A DNA stretch of 64,000 nucleotides from Alphaproteobacteria bacterium (GTDB lineage Bacteria > Pseudomonadota > Alphaproteobacteria > RF32 > CAG-239), in assembly GCA_045116295.1 (NCBI GenBank), contig JBGULQ010000013.1:3745-67744 (forward strand). Reading direction: 5' to 3'. Position numbers and translations under genes: made by a program. The notes under the pieces were generated by a model that saw only the letters and a list, made by a program, of their open reading frames with translations, was not told the origin of the DNA and ran no database searches. Positions 1 through 8,455 of the stretch are shown one piece after another; the first letter of the stretch is position 1, and each line of letters starts with the position of its first letter.

Positions 1-218
1 CCTGATGTGCCGGCACCAAAATAGGCTAGTCTTCCGCCGTTGAGAAAGGCTTGAGCAATTGTTTCAACCGCATTGGCAATTTGAGGTAAAACTTTTTGGA
101 TTGCCGGTGCAACTTTTTGGTCTTCGCGGTTGATGGCGGTAACAATCTGGAGAGATGACATAAGGTCAATGTCTTTGGTGTCGGGGTTGCTTTTTTCGGT
201 TAAACTAATGCTTGACAT
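1..218 (-). CDS. murQ: N-acetylmuramic acid 6-phosphate etherase, N-terminal fragment (gene runs off the left edge)
   Basis: Not in the ORF track. Reverse translation from the ATG at 218-216 gives MSSISLTEKSNPDTKDIDLMSSLQIVTAINREDQKVAPAIQKVLPQIANAVETIAQAFLNGGRLAYFGAGTSG, which is the typical MurQ/SIS N-terminus (INxED, GGRLxYxGAGTSG). Confidence 0.7.
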   Translation of the reverse strand, partial: MSSISLTEKSNPDTKDIDLMSSLQIVTAINREDQKVAPAIQKVLPQIANAVETIAQAFLNGGRLAYFGAGTS

Positions 219-268
219 GATAAATCCTTTAAATGTTATATTGAGCATAATGCGAAAAAATTAATAAA

Positions 269-1000
269 ATGTTGCAAGGGAAATATTTATTTGAGGCAAA
301 AATGACAATTGAGGATAAAGTTTTTAGGAAATGCAAACTTGAGGTCAGCAAACTTAAAAAAGCCGGATTTGTAAAAGATGCCGAGAACTGGATATTGAAG
401 AAAAATTTTATGAACGATGATTTTTGCGCCGTTATTAAAATTGATAAAACCGGAAAAGTCAGCGGAGACGTGATTGATGTAGCAAGCGAGGAGGTTTATT
501 TGCCGCTGAGGTTGGAAAATAATACCGAGGGGTATTCGGTAAAAGTTCGGAATGAATATGAAAAGATTTTGCAGGAAATAAAAGAATTATGTTTTAGAGA
601 AAACAGCTTTGTCAGTGCGCAAACCAACCGCATGGTGGCTTTTGCAGTCGAAAAATATGGTGATAAACCTGAGTTTCCATGGGAAAAATACAGCAATTTT
701 GGCGTGTTTAAAAATAATGACAGTGGTAAATGGTATGCCTTGGTGATGAATATTGCAAAAAACAAACTTGATAAAAAATCAGATGGCAATGTCGAGATTG
801 TAAATATGAAAATTGATGAACAAAAAATTCAACAATTACTTAAACAAGAAGGCTTTTATCCGGCGTATCATATGAATAAAAAGTATTGGATTACGCTAGT
901 TTTGGATGACAGCATAAAAGATGATGTTTTATTTGAACTGTTAGATGAGAGCCACAGTTATACGGTTAGAAAAAAGAAAAATGTAAAATCGCTTAATTAA
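269..1000 (+). CDS. MmcQ/YjbR-family protein with an extra N-terminal domain of about 100 aa
   Basis: 243-aa ORF. The C-terminal half (PEFPWEKYSNFGVFKNNDSGKWYALVMNI...YPAYHMNKKYWITLVLD) resembles the YjbR/MmcQ family. A GAGG 5 nt before the ATG at 302 suggests the true start may be 302. Confidence 0.7.
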   Translation: MLQGKYLFEAKMTIEDKVFRKCKLEVSKLKKAGFVKDAENWILKKNFMNDDFCAVIKIDKTGKVSGDVIDVASEEVYLPLRLENNTEGYSVKVRNEYEKILQEIKELCFRENSFVSAQTNRMVAFAVEKYGDKPEFPWEKYSNFGVFKNNDSGKWYALVMNIAKNKLDKKSDGNVEIVNMKIDEQKIQQLLKQEGFYPAYHMNKKYWITLVLDDSIKDDVLFELLDESHSYTVRKKKNVKSLN

Positions 1001-1062
1001 AAACTAGTAATATCAAGCAACTAAATCTATTGATATATAAAAATTGACAAAGCATTTAAATA

Positions 1063-1091
1063 TTGACAAAACCACAGAAATAGAGTATCAT
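1063..1091 (+). promoter_or_regulatory. sigma70-type promoter of the SPFH unit
   Basis: TTGACA (1063-1068), a 17-nt spacer, then TATCAT (1086-1091), lying 57 nt upstream of the ATG at 1148. Confidence 0.55.
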
Positions 1092-1147
1092 ACACCTGTT
1101 TAAATCGTATTTATTAATTATTATAGTCTTATTAAAAATTTGTAACT

Positions 1148-1999
1148 ATGCTTAGAGATGGTGAAGAGAGCAATAATGCTCAAGAAACAAATGGTGCAGA
1201 AAATGCACAAGTGCCAGCCACTAAAAAATGGTACAAGAATCCTGTGCCTTGGCTTTTGCTGGGTATTGTACTCTTCTTTGTTGGGTACAATGCTTATTTC
1301 CCAGTGCCTGCAGGACATGTCGGTGTAAGGGATAGGCAAGGTCATGTTCCTGCCGCTGTTATGCTGAGCGGTCCTCATTTAAAGATCCCGTTTTGGGAGA
1401 AGGTTATTACTTTTGATACCCGTCTTCAGGTTTATAAATACCATTATAGCGGTGCGACACTGAAGACCAAAACAGGAGTCCGTATTACAAAGTTTGAAGC
1501 AAATGTCAGTTTCCATTTAGTGGGAGAAAATGCTGCTTTTTTGTATAGAAACGTTGGTCCGGGTACTGCTTTTGTAACAAAGGTGCTCGAACCCGTTCTA
1601 AACGGAGCAATTTTCCAGACTCTTGGTAAATATGATCCGAGTTATCTGATTATGAACCAAGAAACAGTACGTAATGGTATAAAACAGATTATCAAAGACG
1701 AGATTGATTCGACTTGGGTTGCAGAGATCGATGGTATGCAGTTGACCGGCTTTATGTTCGATAGCAAAATTGAGCAAGCAAATGTAGACCTTGCTGCGGC
1801 TAAGATAGAGGCAGAAAGGATTCTGACAGATGCAAGAGCAAGAGCCGCAGATTTGCATATGCAGTGTGATTCTATCGATAATCCACTCTATATCGAATAT
1901 CTGATTGCAAAGGCTCGTGGTCTGTGGAATGGCGATGTTCCGTCGACGTTGATGATGGGAAATGAGGCGTTGGCCGTGGTTCCCGGAGGCAAGAAGTAA
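1148..1999 (+). CDS. SPFH/band-7 (prohibitin-like) membrane-anchored protein
   Basis: 283-aa ORF with one N-terminal hydrophobic helix (PWLLLGIVLFFVGYNAYF). This is followed by a prohibitin-like core (VPAGHVGV...LKIPFWEKVITFDTR) and an Ala/Glu/Arg-rich coiled coil (AAAKIEAERILTDARARAA). Confidence 0.75.
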   Translation: MLRDGEESNNAQETNGAENAQVPATKKWYKNPVPWLLLGIVLFFVGYNAYFPVPAGHVGVRDRQGHVPAAVMLSGPHLKIPFWEKVITFDTRLQVYKYHYSGATLKTKTGVRITKFEANVSFHLVGENAAFLYRNVGPGTAFVTKVLEPVLNGAIFQTLGKYDPSYLIMNQETVRNGIKQIIKDEIDSTWVAEIDGMQLTGFMFDSKIEQANVDLAAAKIEAERILTDARARAADLHMQCDSIDNPLYIEYLIAKARGLWNGDVPSTLMMGNEALAVVPGGKK

Positions 2000-2024
2000 G
2001 TGTAACCTTAAGACATGAAGTATT

Positions 2025-2831
2025 ATGTTTAACGTTGAACTTCCGTCTCCATGGATCTGTTGGTCGATGGTGGCAATTTTGCTGATAGCAATAGTTTATC
2101 AGTATCGAGGCAAGCTGATGACAGTTAACAATACTGAGCATGGGACTAGGTCAAGAAGGAGAAAACGCGAGCCTTCTGACGACAATCCTATGTCGGTAAT
2201 ATGGACTGTTTCAGTATGTGTCGGGATGATTCTTTGGGGAGCTTATCTCGTATTTAAGATTCCTAATCCTCCGTACTGGCCTGCGCTGATAACTTTTGTT
2301 TGTGCTGTCATTTTCTGGGTATGTTCCATTTTTGATGATGATTGTAATGACAATAGTCTCAGAGTTACCGTCATGACGGTTGTTGCCACCGCTATTATAG
2401 TGATTATGGTAACATTGCTTTGGGCTGATGCATGGCACGATTTCGTCCTTTGGACGGCGGTACTTTCGTTGTTGGCAGGTGCCATTCCTTTGTGGAAGAT
2501 GAACCGAGGATGGTCATATGTGCTGTTTGCACTGTTGGTCGTTGTCCTTATGGCGGGTAGCTGGTATGCAATGACTGTTCAGGTCATACACTCTAGTGCA
2601 ACCTTCTGTTTTGAGCTGATAGCTATAATTGTACTAGCTATCAGTTTGGCTATATTTATTGGTGTTGGGAAGGAAACTGAAGAGAAATTGCAAGCTTTTT
2701 CAGAGGCTATGTTTTTCATGCCACTGGCTACAACAGGAATTATCTTGTTGTTCAACTCCACTGCAATCGGTCTGATATGGCTGTGTGTTGCAAGTGTGTT
2801 AATAGCCGGCCGTGCCAAAATCGTTAAATAA
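2025..2831 (+). CDS. polytopic membrane protein, unknown function
   Basis: 268-aa ORF starting 25 nt after the SPFH gene, with about 7-8 hydrophobic segments. I recognise no motif. Confidence 0.6.
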   Translation: MFNVELPSPWICWSMVAILLIAIVYQYRGKLMTVNNTEHGTRSRRRKREPSDDNPMSVIWTVSVCVGMILWGAYLVFKIPNPPYWPALITFVCAVIFWVCSIFDDDCNDNSLRVTVMTVVATAIIVIMVTLLWADAWHDFVLWTAVLSLLAGAIPLWKMNRGWSYVLFALLVVVLMAGSWYAMTVQVIHSSATFCFELIAIIVLAISLAIFIGVGKETEEKLQAFSEAMFFMPLATTGIILLFNSTAIGLIWLCVASVLIAGRAKIVK

Positions 2832-2846
2832 AATTGCTTAACTTCA

Positions 2847-2882
2847 CTTATCCCCGTCGACATTCGTGCCGACGGGGATAAG
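2847..2882. terminator. bidirectional stem-loop terminator between convergent units
   Basis: CTTATCCCCGTCG (2847-2859) and CGACGGGGATAAG (2870-2882) form a perfect 13-bp stem. It lies between the stop at 2831 (+) and the stop at 2887 (-). Confidence 0.7.
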
Positions 2883-2886
2883 GATT

Positions 2887-4080
2887 TTAAAGAGTGATTA
2901 ATGATAAAAGTTGTTTTTGGCGGTCGCTGATGTTTAGTTTGGCAACATAATCTTCGGTAATTTTTATGCCGTCGGCAAATTGAAATGTTCCGTCATCAAG
3001 CATTTTACCGGTAGTAAGGTTTTTAAACAGGCGTTCAAATTCACTTTTTGGTTTATGTTGTTTCCAATAATGCTCAATGGCGTAGTAACATTTTGGCATC
3101 TTGTTTTTGGCGTAACCGGTACATCCCCCCAAACAGGCTAGAGAAAATGGGCATTTTTTGCAATATCCAACAAGCTTTTTGAATTTTTCAATTCGATGGT
3201 TCCAAAAACAGAATTTATTATTGTGACGGATTTCTTTCAGGCTGTTTTGTCGTAAATCACCTTCTATATAACGCTCATCATAAAGAGAGAGACAACCCAA
3301 AACTTTGCCATCAGAACGAATGCCAATATTACCTTTGCCGGCGTAGCAACCGATCCAAAAACGGTTGGCGGTGTGAGGAGGGATAACTTTGGAGTAGTAT
3401 CCCATGTTATGCATTCCTAAAATGTGCATTTTTTCTCCACAAATAATACGTGTTTGAGCAGCAAAAATACCGGCAATGTAGTACTCAAAAATATCTAGAG
3501 ATAAATCTTGATTCATGCGTCCAAACATAGTGGCATGTTGCAACTGCCAAGAAGAAAAAGATTTATCACGCAAGAGCTTTCTTAATACTTTTAATTCAGT
3601 AATGTTTATTTTGTTGATGGTGGTAATGGCACCAAAACGAATGTCTTTTTGTAAGGCTATCTCAGCTACTTTGAAGACATTTTCAAAACAATTGGGAACT
3701 TGACGAATACTGTTATGAGTCTGTGGAGTTCCGCCATCAATGCTAAAACCCAAAGCCTTTATGCCGACGGATTTTAAGAAATCAAGTTTTTCATTATTGA
3801 GCAATAATCCGTTGGTTATGATGGTAGTTGGTATTTCGTTTTTTTGGATTTCGGTCAGAAGTTCACGCCAATGAGGGTATAGAAAATATTCTCCGCCAAT
3901 GAGAGATAAAAGCTGGCACTTAGCAGCAGCTAATTGTTTAACTACGGATAAAACTTCTTGCCAACTGAGGTTATTGGTTCTGTCAATGCCGGCACTAGAA
4001 CCGCAGTGGATGCAATTGGCATTGCATTTCAGTGTGAGTTCCCAGACAGCAGTTACAATATTTTTTTTACAAAAGCTCAT
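2887..4080 (-). CDS. radical SAM enzyme with C-terminal SPASM domain (peptide-modifying type)
   Basis: 397-aa ORF with a CX3CX2C motif at residues 19-26 (CNANCIHC). It also has a Gly-rich GGEYFLYP SAM motif and a C-terminal CKKCPFSLACLGGC (CX2CX5CX3C) SPASM signature. Confidence 0.85.
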   Translation of the reverse strand: MSFCKKNIVTAVWELTLKCNANCIHCGSSAGIDRTNNLSWQEVLSVVKQLAAAKCQLLSLIGGEYFLYPHWRELLTEIQKNEIPTTIITNGLLLNNEKLDFLKSVGIKALGFSIDGGTPQTHNSIRQVPNCFENVFKVAEIALQKDIRFGAITTINKINITELKVLRKLLRDKSFSSWQLQHATMFGRMNQDLSLDIFEYYIAGIFAAQTRIICGEKMHILGMHNMGYYSKVIPPHTANRFWIGCYAGKGNIGIRSDGKVLGCLSLYDERYIEGDLRQNSLKEIRHNNKFCFWNHRIEKFKKLVGYCKKCPFSLACLGGCTGYAKNKMPKCYYAIEHYWKQHKPKSEFERLFKNLTTGKMLDDGTFQFADGIKITEDYVAKLNISDRQKQLLSLITL

Positions 4081-4085
4081 GGAAT

Positions 4086-4235
4086 TTAGTATAAAGTAAA
4101 ACCATAATCAGTCATACGTTCAGCAACTGGTGGATGATTATAATTATATATTACTCTCAGGACTCCGACGACAAAAAAAACTAGGATAAATACTAAAATC
4201 GTTATAAATAGGCTTTTTTTGAACACTCTTTTCAT
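4086..4235 (-). CDS. 49-aa small protein, candidate radical-SAM substrate peptide
   Basis: MKRVFKKSLFITILVFILVFFVVGVLRVIYNYNHPPVAERMTDYGFTLY. An AAGGAG lies 9 nt upstream of the ATG at 4235. The stop is 5 nt before the rSAM ATG. The longer track ORF (start 4298) overlaps the -35 box, so it is unlikely. Confidence 0.55.
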   Translation of the reverse strand: MKRVFKKSLFITILVFILVFFVVGVLRVIYNYNHPPVAERMTDYGFTLY

Positions 4236-4269
4236 ATGAAAGCTCTCCTTGAAGTTTTGTCGCGTTGCT

Positions 4270-4298
4270 ATTGTATTTAGTTGTATGGTGTATGTCAA
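4270..4298 (-). promoter_or_regulatory. consensus sigma70-type promoter of the peptide-rSAM unit
   Basis: The minus strand reads TTGACA (4298-4293), a 17-nt spacer, then TACAAT (4275-4270). Confidence 0.6.
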
Positions 4299-4331
4299 TA
4301 TTTTTTTAAGGTTAAAATGTTGGACATTTTT

Positions 4332-4745
4332 TTATTTTTTGATAAAGTTTTTATCTTGTTCGGGAATGCCAGATGTGTCTTCAACGTAGCGTTCAACTTT
4401 CATATGTAAGTCATATTTGTTGCGGAGTTCGGCAATCTTTGACATCATCGGGGAGGCGTGGTGCTTATCAATAGCTTTTTGGTTTTGCCAACTATCAATC
4501 AAGAGCACGGTTTCGTTATCATCTTTGGGATAAAAATATTCATATCTTAAATTGCCTTCTTCAGCACGAATTGCGGCAACGGTTCCGCTTTGCTCCATTT
4601 CTTCGGCAAATTTGCGAGCATTGCCGTTTTCTCCGGTATAATAAATGTTTACGGTAATAGTCATATTCGGGTTATCCTCTCCAAAGGCTGAACTTGTTGG
4701 TAGCAAAAATAAAAATCCGGCAAAGATTAGTTTTGATAATTTCAT
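4332..4745 (-). CDS. exported ABM-domain (antibiotic-biosynthesis-monooxygenase-like) protein
   Basis: Signal peptide MKLSKLIFAGFLFLLPTSSAFG, then an ABM-like core (ITVNIYY...LLIDSWQNQKAIDKHHASP). A GAGG 6 nt before the ATG at 4745 supports that start. Confidence 0.7.
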   Translation of the reverse strand: MKLSKLIFAGFLFLLPTSSAFGEDNPNMTITVNIYYTGENGNARKFAEEMEQSGTVAAIRAEEGNLRYEYFYPKDDNETVLLIDSWQNQKAIDKHHASPMMSKIAELRNKYDLHMKVERYVEDTSGIPEQDKNFIKK

Positions 4746-4798
4746 ATTTGACCTCATCAGGCAGCATTAAATAATACAGAGTGTTTTCCTGTTAAAAG

Positions 4799-5467
4799 TT
4801 AGTTATTCATGGTGGCTAAGCGTTTGCCCATCTCGTAAGCTTTGCGCATATCAATCGGAAATTGTTTGTCACGGACTAAAGCTTTGTGTACGGGGTCAAA
4901 CAAGTCGCAATCATATTTTGCATAGTCTGTGTATTGGAATGTATCAAATGCATAGAGAGTTTCCGAGTACCCAAATACGGCATGGAGGCTCTTTTCATTA
5001 TCACTCAGGATGACATCATAATTATACATTTTGAATTGCTCGGCATTTGCGTTCATTGTGAAGATAAGTCCGGTTGGCAGGGTGCGGGGTAAAACACGTT
5101 TTAAACCACCGTTTACTTTGTCCAGCATATATGTGTGTGCGGGAAACATGAAGCGTTCCAAAAATGCACGGAACATGCCGGACGGGTAAGAGTGATAAAC
5201 CGGAGAACCGACAATTACAGCATCGGCATTCAGACATTTTTCTAACAAAGGGGTCAGTCCGTCTTTGAAAAAGCACAGGCCACTCTGAGCAACACCTTTG
5301 CGCTTGCACATCAAACAACTGATACAGCCCTTATAGTTGAGGTCGTATAGGTTGAAAAATTCAACTTCGGCTCCGCTTTCTTCGGCACCGCGGGCGGCTT
5401 CTTTTAAGAGCTTTGCGGTATTAAAGTTTTTGCGCGGGCTTCCGTTGACGATGATTACTTTTTTCAT
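4799..5467 (-). CDS. iron-sulfur flavoprotein-like / NADPH-dependent FMN reductase family
   Basis: Flavodoxin-like N-terminus MKKVIIVNGSPRKNFNT and a Cys cluster CISCLMC...C. Confidence 0.75.
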   Translation of the reverse strand: MKKVIIVNGSPRKNFNTAKLLKEAARGAEESGAEVEFFNLYDLNYKGCISCLMCKRKGVAQSGLCFFKDGLTPLLEKCLNADAVIVGSPVYHSYPSGMFRAFLERFMFPAHTYMLDKVNGGLKRVLPRTLPTGLIFTMNANAEQFKMYNYDVILSDNEKSLHAVFGYSETLYAFDTFQYTDYAKYDCDLFDPVHKALVRDKQFPIDMRKAYEMGKRLATMNN

Positions 5468-5479
5468 GGCAATTCCTTT

Positions 5480-6109
5480 CTAAAATTCAGAAACAAAATG
5501 CACGACGCCTTTTTCTTTGCGGCGGCGTTTTTTGATTGTGGGAAAATTGTTGCAAATGTAATGATAGCGAGGGCAGTCATCTCCGTGGTCGTTGATAATG
5601 CCGCAGGCCTGTAAATGTGAATATACGGTAACCGTACCGAGAAATTTGAAGCCTCTTTTTTTCAAGTCTTTGCTGATGATGTCGGACAGCTCATTGCTGG
5701 CAGGAATATAGCCTTCACCGTGGCGGTCATAAAGAATGGTTTTGCCATCAGAAAAAGCCCAGAGATAATTGCAAAAACTGCCGAATTCTCGGCGGATTTT
5801 TTGAAAACAACGGGCGTTGTTGATGATGGCGTTTATTTTGCGAGGACTTTTAATCATGCCGGCAGTGTTCATAATCCGGTTTAAGTCATGGTCGGTATAG
5901 GCGGCAATTCGGTCATAATCAAAATTATCAAAACAGCGGCGAAAAATTTCGCGCTTATTAATCATCATATTCCAGTTGAGGCCGCATTGCATGACTTCCA
6001 TCATCAAAAATTCAAACTGTTTTTGGTCGTCATGGAGAGGAACACCCCATTCACGGTCGTGATACATGGTGTTGAGTTCTGATGTTCCGCTCCAGTTGCA
6101 ATAAGCCAT
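5480..6109 (-). CDS. tag: DNA-3-methyladenine glycosylase I
   Basis: YHDREWGVP, FEFLMMEVMQCGLNW and the C-terminal His/Cys zinc-site region (HLQACGIINDHGDDCP) are typical of Tag. Confidence 0.85.
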   Translation of the reverse strand: MAYCNWSGTSELNTMYHDREWGVPLHDDQKQFEFLMMEVMQCGLNWNMMINKREIFRRCFDNFDYDRIAAYTDHDLNRIMNTAGMIKSPRKINAIINNARCFQKIRREFGSFCNYLWAFSDGKTILYDRHGEGYIPASNELSDIISKDLKKRGFKFLGTVTVYSHLQACGIINDHGDDCPRYHYICNNFPTIKKRRRKEKGVVHFVSEF

Positions 6110-6124
6110 TTGAGATATCTCTTT

Positions 6125-6685
6125 TTATAGCAATCCTTCAGCCCATGATTTCAGCTCTTCTGCAGATACGCCGGAGGAAAAACGTTTGCCTTCCAAAACT
6201 TTGGCAGAAGGGGCTAAGGCTTGTATGTTTTTGCCGGAATCACCAATACTGCTCATGCCTGATGTGGCAAACGGAATAACGGTTTTGCCGGCAAAGTCAT
6301 AGCTTGTCATAAAAGTATCAATGATTGAGGGTTCACGATACCACCAAATCGGAAAGCCGACAAATACAACATTGTATTGACTCATGTCGGCGACTTGGCC
6401 AGCAATAGCCGGGCGGCTTGATTTGTCAGCCATTTCAACCGAACTGCGGCTTTTTTTGTCGGTCCAGTCAAGGTCAGCGTTGCTGTAGGGTTGAGCCGGT
6501 TTGATCTCAAACAAATCGGCATTAATTGCCTGTGATAAACGTTCAGCAACTTTGGCAGTTGTGCCGGTGGCACTGAAATATGCTACCAATATTTTTTTAT
6601 CTGTCATATTATTCTCCTGTGCTTGTACATTAATATTGCTCAAAAAAGTGAGAACAGCAGTAATTAAATATAAAAATTTTTTCAT
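6125..6685 (-). CDS. flavodoxin-fold protein with N-terminal signal peptide
   Basis: MKKFLYLITAVLTFLSNINVQAQ, then KILVAYFSATGTTAKVAE (flavodoxin FMN loop). A GAGAGG 7 nt before the ATG at 6685 supports that start. Confidence 0.75.
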   Translation of the reverse strand: MKKFLYLITAVLTFLSNINVQAQENNMTDKKILVAYFSATGTTAKVAERLSQAINADLFEIKPAQPYSNADLDWTDKKSRSSVEMADKSSRPAIAGQVADMSQYNVVFVGFPIWWYREPSIIDTFMTSYDFAGKTVIPFATSGMSSIGDSGKNIQALAPSAKVLEGKRFSSGVSAEELKSWAEGLL

Positions 6686-6696
6686 GCTTTTACCTC

Positions 6697-8445
6697 TCAA
6701 ATGTTTTGTAAAATATCATCAACAATTTGTTTAACAGTCAAGTGATAACGATTGTAAAGGTCGGTTAAATCGGCACGGTCGGTAAACTCTTTGAATGAAC
6801 CGTAGTTCAAAACCTTCATTTCGGACGGACCGTAAAATCTGCTGACCTTTTCACCAAAACCACCATCGAGTTCGCCATCTTCAAGCGTAATAACAAGTTT
6901 GTGTTCGGCTTTGAGTTTTTCAAGACATGATTTGTCAACACCGGTCAGATAACGCGGGTTAATCAGGGTAGGTGTCAGATTGTGTTTTTTGAGTTCTTCT
7001 GCCACTTGCTGTCCAAGACCAAAGAAACTTCCGGCGGCAATAATGGCTACATCTTTGCCTTGTGCGGCTGTTTGATAGGTGTTGAGGTTGTCGTAGTTCT
7101 TGTCTACATTTGCTGTGGTATGGACAATCTCTTTAGGCATACGGATAACAACCGGATGTTTGTTTTGTTCCAATCCCCAGTCAAGCATTGCCAAATATTC
7201 TTCAACCGTGGTCGGTGCGAGATATACCAAATTAGGAATGTTTGAAATCATAGAGATATCAAACGAGCAAAGGTGTGTCATATCAGCACCGGAAATGCCG
7301 CCCCAGGCAACCAATATAACTGCGGGGTTGTTGTTTAAGGCCAAATCTTGCGAGAGTTGGTCGTATGTGCGTTGAATGAACGAGCTCATAACCATAAAGA
7401 TAGGTTTGCAGCCACCTTTGGCCAGAGCAGAAGTGAAAGCAACACCATGTTCTTCGGCAATGCCGACATCAACAAAATGTTCACCTAAAACTTTACGTCT
7501 TTCGGCATTAAGCCCGAAAACTCCGGGAGTTCCGGCGTTGACAGCTACGATGATCGGATCGTTTTTGATTTTTTTAAGCAGGTAGTCATAGGTAATGTCA
7601 TTATAGTTTTCGCCTGACATATTCCATTTGGGGCTACCGTCTTTGAGGTTGAAAGGAACACTCCAGTGCCACGGCTCTTTATCTTGTTCAGCCAACGCAT
7701 AGCCTTTGCCTTTGAGGGTGTGAATATGGATTACAGTCGGTCGGTTGGTGTCTTTGGTTTTGTTCAAAACATCGATCATTGCTTCCAAAGAATTGCCATC
7801 TGCTACATAATGATAGTCAAAACCAAGGGCTTTAAACATATTGCATTCGGCTTTGCCATTAGTTTCACGCAAAAGACGCAGGTTGGTGTATAGACCGCCG
7901 TGATTTTCGGCAATGGACATCTCGTTGTCGTTTAAGATAATTATGATGTTGCTGTTTAATACGGCAGCATTGCTAAAACCTTCTAGAGCTTCGCCACCGG
8001 AAAGCGAACCATCACCGATAACGGCGATTACGTTGTGCTTTTCTCCACGGAGGTTGCGAGCTTTGGCAAGACCACAGGCAAGACTTACGGAAGTAGAAGT
8101 ATGTCCGACTTTGAAAAAGTCGTGTTCGCTTTCATCCTGATTGGTGTAACCGGATATTTTTTGCATGCCTTCAGCAGTCAAAAAGCCTTCTTTACGTCCG
8201 GTCAACAATTTGTGCGGATAGCATTGGTGCGAAACGTCCCAGACAATTTTGTCATGCGGAGAGTTGAAAACATAATGCAGAGCAATTGCGGTTTCGACAA
8301 TTCCGAGGTTGGGGCCGACGTGGCCGCCGACAGTGCTGTCACGGTTTAAGATAGCGTCGCGGATCTCGGAAGCCAATGTCTGCATTTGCGAAATATTCAG
8401 CTTTTTGAGGTCGGAAGGCGAATTAATTTGTTCAAGATAAGACAT
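6697..8445 (-). CDS. 1-deoxy-D-xylulose-5-phosphate synthase-like thiamine-diphosphate enzyme (paralogue)
   Basis: 582 aa. GGHVGPNLGIVETAIALHYVF...WDVSHQCYPHKLLTGR and the ThDP motif GDGSLSGGEALEGFSNAA...NDN both match DXS. It is shorter than canonical DXS and sits inside a redox operon. Confidence 0.75.
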   Translation of the reverse strand: MSYLEQINSPSDLKKLNISQMQTLASEIRDAILNRDSTVGGHVGPNLGIVETAIALHYVFNSPHDKIVWDVSHQCYPHKLLTGRKEGFLTAEGMQKISGYTNQDESEHDFFKVGHTSTSVSLACGLAKARNLRGEKHNVIAVIGDGSLSGGEALEGFSNAAVLNSNIIIILNDNEMSIAENHGGLYTNLRLLRETNGKAECNMFKALGFDYHYVADGNSLEAMIDVLNKTKDTNRPTVIHIHTLKGKGYALAEQDKEPWHWSVPFNLKDGSPKWNMSGENYNDITYDYLLKKIKNDPIIVAVNAGTPGVFGLNAERRKVLGEHFVDVGIAEEHGVAFTSALAKGGCKPIFMVMSSFIQRTYDQLSQDLALNNNPAVILVAWGGISGADMTHLCSFDISMISNIPNLVYLAPTTVEEYLAMLDWGLEQNKHPVVIRMPKEIVHTTANVDKNYDNLNTYQTAAQGKDVAIIAAGSFFGLGQQVAEELKKHNLTPTLINPRYLTGVDKSCLEKLKAEHKLVITLEDGELDGGFGEKVSRFYGPSEMKVLNYGSFKEFTDRADLTDLYNRYHLTVKQIVDDILQNI

Positions 8446-8455
8446 TATTTTTTCC

